From positions 1,050,001 through 1,082,000 of the forward strand of contig CBDCNV010000001.1 in assembly GCA_965219535.1 (NCBI GenBank): 32,000 bases of DNA, given 5' to 3'. Origin of the DNA: Opitutales bacterium (lineage in GTDB: Bacteria; Verrucomicrobiota; Verrucomicrobiia; Opitutales; PNEW01). The position numbers and the translations under genes are program-made. Positions 25,072-32,000 of this stretch are shown here, piece after piece (position 1 is the first letter of the stretch; the number at the start of each line of letters is the position of its first letter). Under the pieces are notes generated by a model. The model was given only the letters and a program-made list of their open reading frames with translations, ran no database searches and was not told the DNA's origin.

Positions 25072-27147
25072 TTAAAACTGAAGTAGGTTAAATCGAATCT
25101 TAAAGCTGGTATTATCTTCTCGCACGTTACCTGAATAGAATGCTAACTGGTACTCGACTTCCCAGGCATTGCCAAGTCTTTGATGGAGAATATATCTTTG
25201 TTCCGTTACGTCGTTTCGCCGTGTATCAAAGAGCATTCGGGCACGAAATCCCAAAGTTCTGTTTAGACGCTGGTAATAATCAAACCCATATTGATTGACT
25301 TCGTTCTGCAGATGATCGGAAAAGAAGGATACCGACCAAAAATTACTGTCGTGAATGGTGATCCGATTACGCCAATCCTGAGCGGTAAAACTTTCCGTAT
25401 TAATGCGATTATAAATATCGATTCTCATCCAGTGGACGGGGTTCATTTGTAATTGCGTGTATAGCCCCGTCCATTCATCTGCTCCGCTTTCCGCAGAGAA
25501 GAGCAGATCCTGATAAATATTAAATGAAATTAGATCCTGTGAACCGTAACCATGATGACGTGTCTGAAGAAGATTTTCTAACCCCACACGAAGAACATTC
25601 AAGTCAGTCATTTCATCGAGATGGCGGGTGTTACCTAAATCGATTGAAGGTAAACTCGTTCCAAAATAATTGCGATCAATAGGAATAATTTTGTTTTTTC
25701 CTGAATCTCCCCCGGGCAGATAGCGATATTGTAATACGGGCTTAAAAACATGACGCAATCCATCAATTCCCCAAAGTGGATTTTGAAATTCCCAAGTTGC
25801 ATAGGATGATACTTCAGCATCCAGTCCCAGTTCTCCTATCACCCGGGTATAGCTATCGTTACTATTAAGTGTCGATTCGTAATGAGTAAACCGCGCGCCG
25901 CCGATGGGCATAATGTTTAGCCATTTATTCACTTTCAGGGGGCGATAAATGGAGTAAAATGCATCATAGCGGTCGGACTCCAAGGTTGGATTACCGATTA
26001 TGCTGTGTTCTTCCAGTCGGACAGCACTGGCATTAAAGCTATAATATAGACCGGTATTGAATAGTGGAGTCGGCATCACATCGAGCCGGATTTCCGGGAG
26101 GCGCTCGTGCTGCATATGAAAATCATTGGGGCTAAAGCGTGCAAATGTAGAAACAAAGAAGTTTTTCCCCTGGTAAATGGCTTCAACATAATTGTCCGGC
26201 TGCTGATTTTCGTGGAATTCTTCCGGGCGGAAATCTCTCATCACCTCAGAATCACTCCACGCGTTAACATTAGCGGATATTTGAAATCGATTGCCGATTG
26301 GCTGCAGGTGCTGAAAATCGAAAAAGTACCGATCATTATCTATTATATTCCCTTGACTGTCTAGACCCGGGTTACCCGAATCATCGATATATCCTGACTG
26401 GAATCGACTGATACCCCCATTTTTTAAAGGGTTGATTTGCCATGCATAAGCAGGTCCTAGAAGAATGCCACGTTCCGTGTAAGCATCAAATCCAAGGCCG
26501 ACAGATAAGTTCTTCGAGACAGGTATTAGCGGACTGTTTTTTACATAGGCTCCGAGGTGACCCTGATAACCAACCCTGCCTTTTAATTGTATGTATTTTT
26601 GCCCTCGTTCCTGTGAAAAGCTGGGGAGGCGAAAAATTGGAGCATCACCCAACCCGAAAGTTGGATTATCAGCTTCAATGCGTTGGTCCGGGAAAAATCT
26701 AACTTCCTTCGCTTGGAGATTTAAGGCGAGTGGAGAGGGTTCTTGAAAATAAACCCGGGTGTCGAGGAGATTAACTTGCTTCGCCGTTCCATCAAGCCCT
26801 TCACCTACAGCGTAGTAGGGAGGCGATCCCATACGAAAAGGACCCGATTTTAAACGTCTCTCGAGAACGTCATAGACGAGATCCTCGCTGACATGGCGTA
26901 TATTGCCATAAGTAACTCTAACATTGCCATGGGCTTCAGCAATACGCTTGTTTTGATCGTAGCGAATTTCATCGGCGACAACTGTAAGGTTTTCATGAAC
27001 AAATGTGGCTTCACCCCGGGCGACCATGGTTTTGGTATTCCCATCAAACTCTATGGGTTGGTCTGAGCTAATCTGGGGCTGTATGCTAAAGCTGTTTAGA
27101 GCAAGTAATGCCCAGACAGTAAATATAATGTATCTAAAGACTCTCAC
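25072..27147 (-). CDS. lptD: LPS-assembly outer-membrane protein LptD (OstA family)
   Basis: The N-terminal OstA jellyroll is IEFDGNTKTMVARGEATFVHENLTVVADEIRYDQNKRIAEAHGNVRV. A long beta-barrel region follows, ending with a C-terminal aromatic residue (...RFNLLQF). GTG 27147 gives the signal peptide (M)RVFRYIIFTVWALLALNSFS. The ORF track starts at TTG 27186. Confidence 0.85.
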   Translation of the reverse strand: MRVFRYIIFTVWALLALNSFSIQPQISSDQPIEFDGNTKTMVARGEATFVHENLTVVADEIRYDQNKRIAEAHGNVRVTYGNIRHVSEDLVYDVLERRLKSGPFRMGSPPYYAVGEGLDGTAKQVNLLDTRVYFQEPSPLALNLQAKEVRFFPDQRIEADNPTFGLGDAPIFRLPSFSQERGQKYIQLKGRVGYQGHLGAYVKNSPLIPVSKNLSVGLGFDAYTERGILLGPAYAWQINPLKNGGISRFQSGYIDDSGNPGLDSQGNIIDNDRYFFDFQHLQPIGNRFQISANVNAWSDSEVMRDFRPEEFHENQQPDNYVEAIYQGKNFFVSTFARFSPNDFHMQHERLPEIRLDVMPTPLFNTGLYYSFNASAVRLEEHSIIGNPTLESDRYDAFYSIYRPLKVNKWLNIMPIGGARFTHYESTLNSNDSYTRVIGELGLDAEVSSYATWEFQNPLWGIDGLRHVFKPVLQYRYLPGGDSGKNKIIPIDRNYFGTSLPSIDLGNTRHLDEMTDLNVLRVGLENLLQTRHHGYGSQDLISFNIYQDLLFSAESGADEWTGLYTQLQMNPVHWMRIDIYNRINTESFTAQDWRNRITIHDSNFWSVSFFSDHLQNEVNQYGFDYYQRLNRTLGFRARMLFDTRRNDVTEQRYILHQRLGNAWEVEYQLAFYSGNVREDNTSFKIRFNLLQF

Positions 27148-27455
27148 GTTTGATAGATTTTTAATGACTTGAAAACCTTCACACAAGTCAAAAATTTAGG
27201 GGTAATACGATTTTTCATAGCATATTAGTATTTCACTATCAAGCTCATTCACGAATTATGTCGAATCGCAAGTTATGGAAACAGGATTTGGGTAATCTCT
27301 CTTTTCGCGGTAGATTTCTTTCCCAATTCAGATAATTATGTTTATACTGGGCGAGGCGAGCGGTAGACCGGTGTAGATTATCTTTATCAATATAATAAAT
27401 TCTATCTTTCATCGAGCGTTATTAAATAATAAGGAGTAATTGAAATCGGGAATTC

Positions 27456-29666
27456 GTGATAATCAATCATACTGAATTAGACGCTATTCTCTACGCTAAG
27501 CATAGTAATCCACATAGCCTATTAGGATTACATCCATGCCGCGTTGAGAAAAAAAAAGGGCTGGTCGCTCGAGCATTTATCCTCGATGCAAAATCCTGCG
27601 AGATTATTGACCGCGAATCAGAACCTGAGAAACGCTACTCCTTAGAGAAAATCGCGCCTGAAGGATTCTTTGAAGGATGGATAGCCGATAGGCATGAAGT
27701 CTTTCGCTATAGTTTGCGGATTGAAAAAGCAAATGGAGAAATCCAACAGTACCATGATCCCTACAGTTTCCTACCCACGGTAACTGACTATGATCTTTAT
27801 TTATTTAACGAGGGTAATGACCACCGGATTTATGAAAAGTTAGGCGCACATATTCGCCAGGTTGATGGCGTTTCCGGAGTTGCATTCGCGGTATGGGCAC
27901 CGAGTGCAAAACGTGTTTCAGTTGTCGGTGATTTTAATTCATGGGAGGGTTTGTATCATCCCATGCGCTTGCTCGGTTCTTCAGGTGTATGGGAATTATT
28001 CATCCCGGGCCTGGAAGAATACACTAAATACAAATACGAAATAATTGGTGCCGACAATTTTCTACGACTGAAAACAGATCCCTATGGTATTTCATTTGAG
28101 TCGCCTCCCAATAATGCATCGATCATAAAAGATATCGGTCGTTATGAATGGCAGGATGCAGCTTGGATGGATGCGCGCCAGAATTGTGACTGGTTAAAGC
28201 AACCCGTTTCAATTTACGAAATTCACTTTGGATCCTGGAAACGCGTCGTCGAACAGGGTAACCGGACATTGTCTTACCGGGAAATGGCAGATGAGCTGGT
28301 CAACTATGTGAAAGATATGGGGTTTACCCATGTAGAGTTTCTTCCATTAAACGAACATCCTTTTACCGGATCCTGGGGTTATCAAGCGACCGGGTTTTTT
28401 GCGCCCACTCACCGTTATGGTAGTACCGAAGACTTAATGTACTTGGTGGATACGCTTCACTGCCATGGGATCGGGGTGATTATGGATTGGGTTCCCGGCC
28501 ATTTCCCAAAGGATAGCTTTTCCCTCGCTGAATTCGATGGCACTCAACTCTATGAGCATACAGATCCGCGTAAGGGGTATCACCAGGACTGGGGCACCCT
28601 GGTCTTTAACTACGGGCGTCATGAAGTAAAGTGCTTTCTTGTCGCCAGTGCTTTAGCCTGGTTTAGCCGCTACCATATCGATGGTTTGCGCGTGGATGCT
28701 GTAGCTTCGATGCTTTACCTCGATTATTCGAGGAAGGCTGGTGAATGGATTCCTAATGAATACGGCGGTCGTGAAAACCTGGAAGCGATCCATTTTGTTC
28801 GTCAGTTAAATGCCCTTGTCCGGAACTATTACCCTGGCACAATCATGATCGCCGAAGAATCGACTTCATGGCAAGGTGTTACGCATAGTCATCAGAAGGA
28901 TGGCCTCGGGTTTGACTTTAAATGGAACATGGGGTGGATGCATGATACCCTGCGTTTTTTTAATCGGGCTCCCGAATCGAGAAGAGGGCATCTTAATGAT
29001 CTTACTTTTGCGTCTCTCTATAAGGATTCAGAAAATTTTATTCTCACGTTCTCTCATGATGAAATGGTTCATGGTAAGGGCTCCATGATTATGAAAATGG
29101 CCGCTGAATCGATGTCCGCTAAAGCGCAGAATCTTCGGGCGCTTTATACTTTGATGTGGGCCTGGCCCGGTAAAAAGTCTCTATTTATGGGAAGCGAATT
29201 TGGGCAGTCATCTGAATGGGATTACGATGAAAGCCTGCAATGGCACCTCCTGCAGTACGCGGATTACGGGGGGATTCAGAAAATCGTGCGTGATCTCAAT
29301 AATCTATATAAGTCTGAACCCGGGTTATATGAAAAAGATAATGATCCTGATAACGTTGAATGGATTCAGGCCAATGACTCGGATAACAGTGTAATTGGAT
29401 TCCTGCGCGTCGGGAGATATGACGGTGAATCGTACCTCGTGGTTGGTAATTATTCTTCCGTCGTAAAACAAAATTACCGCCTGGGCGTGCCTTATTCAGG
29501 TAACTGGAAAGAACTTATTAATTCCAGTGCGGACAGCTATGGTGGGAGTGGAATCGGAAATTTAGGAGCACTTGCCACGGATAACGACCCTAGTGATGAT
29601 TACGATTATTCTCTTAATATAACCCTTCCACAAAGTACCACGCTTATTTTTAAATTCGAGAGTTAA
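27456..29666 (+). CDS. glgB: 1,4-alpha-glucan branching enzyme
   Basis: Full-length GH13 GlgB pattern: HSLLGLHP, FAVWAPSAKRVSVVGDFNSW, YEIHFGSW, DWVPGHFP, GLRVDAVASMLY, IAEEST and SHDE. The start is GTG, the first start codon after an in-frame TGA at 27441-27443. Confidence 0.95.
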   Translation: MIINHTELDAILYAKHSNPHSLLGLHPCRVEKKKGLVARAFILDAKSCEIIDRESEPEKRYSLEKIAPEGFFEGWIADRHEVFRYSLRIEKANGEIQQYHDPYSFLPTVTDYDLYLFNEGNDHRIYEKLGAHIRQVDGVSGVAFAVWAPSAKRVSVVGDFNSWEGLYHPMRLLGSSGVWELFIPGLEEYTKYKYEIIGADNFLRLKTDPYGISFESPPNNASIIKDIGRYEWQDAAWMDARQNCDWLKQPVSIYEIHFGSWKRVVEQGNRTLSYREMADELVNYVKDMGFTHVEFLPLNEHPFTGSWGYQATGFFAPTHRYGSTEDLMYLVDTLHCHGIGVIMDWVPGHFPKDSFSLAEFDGTQLYEHTDPRKGYHQDWGTLVFNYGRHEVKCFLVASALAWFSRYHIDGLRVDAVASMLYLDYSRKAGEWIPNEYGGRENLEAIHFVRQLNALVRNYYPGTIMIAEESTSWQGVTHSHQKDGLGFDFKWNMGWMHDTLRFFNRAPESRRGHLNDLTFASLYKDSENFILTFSHDEMVHGKGSMIMKMAAESMSAKAQNLRALYTLMWAWPGKKSLFMGSEFGQSSEWDYDESLQWHLLQYADYGGIQKIVRDLNNLYKSEPGLYEKDNDPDNVEWIQANDSDNSVIGFLRVGRYDGESYLVVGNYSSVVKQNYRLGVPYSGNWKELINSSADSYGGSGIGNLGALATDNDPSDDYDYSLNITLPQSTTLIFKFES

Positions 29667-29779
29667 TCAATTGAGGGATGCGAAGTCGGAAGTCTATGGC
29701 GTGGATTATGACTAACTGGATGGTTGGCTGAAAAATAAATTTCTGGACAAAGTGTTTATACAAGTAAAAAAGTCTGTTC

Positions 29780-30595
29780 ATGACAGGAAGACAACTTTCT
29801 AGGGCTTTAAGATCAGGCAAACGCGTATACGGAACACTTATCGTTTCTCATTCCCCACGCTGGTTGGATGTGATTGGAAAACTGGGGTTGGATTTTGTTT
29901 TTATTGACACCGAGCATATTGCCATTGACCGCATTGAACTCTCATGGATGTGCAATGCTTACCGGGCATTAGGTATTGCTCCTATCGTTCGCATACCATC
30001 ACCTGATCCTTACTATGCATCAATGGTAATGGATGGTGGGGCAAACGGCATTATTGCTCCTTATGTAGAAACCGTTGAGCAAGTTAAGGCTTTAAGCGGC
30101 GCGGTAAAGCTGCGGCCGGTTAAAGGAATGCGCCTCCAAAAGCGATTAGAAGGGGGAGGAAAATTTGAAACGGGCTTGGAGAAATATCTCGAAGTTAATA
30201 ATAGAGAAAACGTTTTAATCGTAAATATTGAGAGCGTCCCCGCGATGAATAACCTCGATGACATTCTCCAGGTTAAAGAACTTGATGGGGTCTTAATCGG
30301 ACCTCACGACCTGTCTTGCAGCCTGGGAATCCCGGAGCAATACCATCTTAAAAAGTTTGATAAGGCAGTGCGGGAGATTTTTAAAAAGGCCCGCCAACAG
30401 AATAAAGGGGCAGGGATCCATTACTGGCAGAGCATCAAACAGGAAATAGCCTGGTATAAAACGGGTGCTAATTTAATCATTCACGGCGTTGACCTTCTCG
30501 CATTTGTTGACTCGATGGAAAAGGACCTGACTCATCTGCGTAAGGCGCTTGGTGATGACCGGGAGTTGAAGAAAAGGCGGAATGTTAACATATAA
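29780..30595 (+). CDS. HpcH/HpaI-family aldolase
   Basis: Matching segments are LDFVFIDTEHIAIDRIE, VRIPSPDP, IIAPYVETVEQ, VNIESVPAMNNLDDIL and VLIGPHDLS. These are typical of class II 2-keto-3-deoxy-acid aldolases. The substrate is unknown. Confidence 0.8.
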   Translation: MTGRQLSRALRSGKRVYGTLIVSHSPRWLDVIGKLGLDFVFIDTEHIAIDRIELSWMCNAYRALGIAPIVRIPSPDPYYASMVMDGGANGIIAPYVETVEQVKALSGAVKLRPVKGMRLQKRLEGGGKFETGLEKYLEVNNRENVLIVNIESVPAMNNLDDILQVKELDGVLIGPHDLSCSLGIPEQYHLKKFDKAVREIFKKARQQNKGAGIHYWQSIKQEIAWYKTGANLIIHGVDLLAFVDSMEKDLTHLRKALGDDRELKKRRNVNI

Positions 30596-30851
30596 ATTCG
30601 ACCGTAAGTATTAACCATAATCGCTTAAAAAATGTATCTGCTACTATCAGCCCATCATCGATGATTCTTTTTCAGTGGACGGAGTTTAGTAGAGTTGAGT
30701 ATTGCGGTGAGTTTGATGCATGAAATAAATTTAGATTCCATACCCGTTTTTTAACCGAACTCATTCAATTACGGATTGACCATCTCTCCTCTTTACCTTT
30801 TATTTTCTCGCTTTTCCTGACAACCCTAAGCCATCATTATTTCCTCCTATT

Positions 30852-32000
30852 GTGAATATTAGCACCAAAGATATAAGTGAAACGCGCAAAACGCTCGTCG
30901 TGTCTGTTTCAGGGCAAGAAGTTGAAGCTGAGGCGGCGAAATTATTAGGTGAGTTTTCACATTCCGTGAAAATTCAGGGATTTCGCCCTGGAAAGGCCCC
31001 GGCATCGCTCATTCAGAAGCGATATGGAAAAGAATTAGAGAGTGAGTTAAACCGTAAAGTGACCTCGGAAGCGTATGAAAAGTCATTAAAAGACTCAAAA
31101 CTCGATATCTATAATGTCGTGAGTGTCGACGACGCGAAATTTTCACCGGGAAAAGATGGAAAGGTTGAAATTACGGTCGATGTTAACCCTTCATTTAATC
31201 TTCCTGAATACAAGGGCATTCCCACAGAAGTATCATCTGCGGACGTCGATGAGACAGAGGTGGATAATGCCATCGAAGAAATTCGCAAACAACGCTCAGA
31301 TTTTAAGGAAGTCACACGCGATGTTAAAAAGGGTGATTTTGTAAAAGTCAGTTATGAGGGAAAGATTGGTAAGCAACTGATTGCTGAAATTGTACCCGAA
31401 CAGCATATTTTTGGTAAGCAGGAAAATACCTGGGAGGAGGCAGGAGCTGAAAATGATATGGGAGTAAAAGCCGTTGTTGACGGGTTGATTGGGATGAAAG
31501 TCGGTGATAAAAAGAATGCGGAGATGAAATTCCCAAAAGATCACGCGGTCGAAGAACTTAAGGGTAAAAAAGCGGATTATACAATGGAAGTTCACGAAGT
31601 GCGTGAACGCGTCCTACCCGAATTGAATGAAGAATTTTTAAAGCAATTGCATGTTGAGAATCTTGAACAGTTTAGAAAGCAAATAAATGATGAATTAAAG
31701 CACCGCAAAGAGCAGGAAATCAATCAGTCATTGCGCTCTCAAATAACCGAGGTGTTGGATAAACGTATTGAATTTCCTCTCCCTGAAAGTGCGATCGAGT
31801 TTGAAGCCGCGGGAATCTTTAATGATATCGTAAATCAAAACAGGCAAAGAGGTATGCCCGACAGCGAATTTCAAAAACATGAAGAGGAAATTCGTACAAA
31901 CGCGAAAAGCACGGCCGCGCATCGCGTAAAATTGCAAATCATTCTTGGGCGCATCGCGAAAGAAGAGAAGATCGAAATAAAAAATGAGGACATACAGAGC
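30852..32000 (+). CDS. tig: Trigger factor, N-terminal 383 codons (3' end outside window)
   Basis: This ORF is not in the ORF track because it has no stop in the window. Hand translation from GTG 30852 is open to position 32000. It gives (M)NISTKDISETRKTLVVSV...SVKIQGFRPGKAPASLIQKRYG (ribosome-binding signature GFRxGKxP), then an FKBP-like KKGDFVKVSYEGKIG...GMKVGD and the C-terminal arm. Confidence 0.9.
   Translation, partial: MNISTKDISETRKTLVVSVSGQEVEAEAAKLLGEFSHSVKIQGFRPGKAPASLIQKRYGKELESELNRKVTSEAYEKSLKDSKLDIYNVVSVDDAKFSPGKDGKVEITVDVNPSFNLPEYKGIPTEVSSADVDETEVDNAIEEIRKQRSDFKEVTRDVKKGDFVKVSYEGKIGKQLIAEIVPEQHIFGKQENTWEEAGAENDMGVKAVVDGLIGMKVGDKKNAEMKFPKDHAVEELKGKKADYTMEVHEVRERVLPELNEEFLKQLHVENLEQFRKQINDELKHRKEQEINQSLRSQITEVLDKRIEFPLPESAIEFEAAGIFNDIVNQNRQRGMPDSEFQKHEEEIRTNAKSTAAHRVKLQIILGRIAKEEKIEIKNEDIQS

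Noticed and set aside
121-29394. Many ORF-track entries lie antisense to, or out of frame within, strongly supported genes. Examples are 121..393, 1537..1725, 2021..2233, 3650..3934, 4164..4526, 7394..7978, 8473..9100, 12889..13104, 13501..14206, 14555..14740, 15850..16306, 18333..18554, 19255..19464, 20697..21029, 21553..21825, 23668..23931, 24491..24876, 25635..27047 and 27862..29394.
   Set aside because: These are shadow ORFs fully embedded in genes with clear homology-type motifs on the other strand or frame, and they have low-complexity or implausible sequences.
30061-31937. ORFs 30061..30264, 31109..31315, 31123..31344, 31296..31595, 31348..31536 and 31728..31937.
   Set aside because: The first lies antisense within the aldolase gene, and the rest lie antisense or out of frame within the trigger factor coding region identified by hand.
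1-32000. CRISPR arrays, rRNA genes, IS elements or transposases, and phage or defence-system genes.
   Set aside because: Reading both strands, I saw no regularly spaced repeats, no rRNA-like sequence, and no transposase, integrase, nuclease or defence-type domains. Absence by eye is not proof.

Overview
The window is a 32-kb, moderately AT-rich (by eye) chromosomal segment. It looks most like a PVC-group, Verrucomicrobiota-like bacterium, but that is a tentative inference from gene content and the prepilin-type cassette. Most of it is tightly packed housekeeping genes: trxB (3' end), a DAO-family flavoprotein, ferritin, an L,D-transpeptidase, asd, tRNA-Val, ilvN-ilvC, hemC-cobA/hemD, trpF, rho, menA, trxA, scpA, lptD, glgB, an HpcH-family aldolase and tig. 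The tig gene has a GTG start and runs off the 3' edge, so it is absent from the supplied ORF track. Three segments look accessory. (i) At 0.6-1.15 kb, two small ORFs are really one reading frame broken by a single TAG, and they sit behind a tandem 15-bp repeat. (ii) At 4.8-12.4 kb, next to tRNA-Val, is a loosely packed signalling island. It holds two NarL-type regulators, a hybrid kinase, a REC-first kinase and a truncated HisKA_3 kinase with frame-broken PAS remnants upstream. (iii) At 19.07-22.5 kb is a cassette of five prepilin-type (pseudopilin) modules with no secretin, ATPase, platform or peptidase gene nearby. Its last two modules are fused into one 508-codon ORF by what looks like a single extra T in a T4 run. 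This cassette is my best candidate for something under-described. I recognised no rRNA, CRISPR array, transposase or integrase. Several well-supported genes use GTG or TTG starts.
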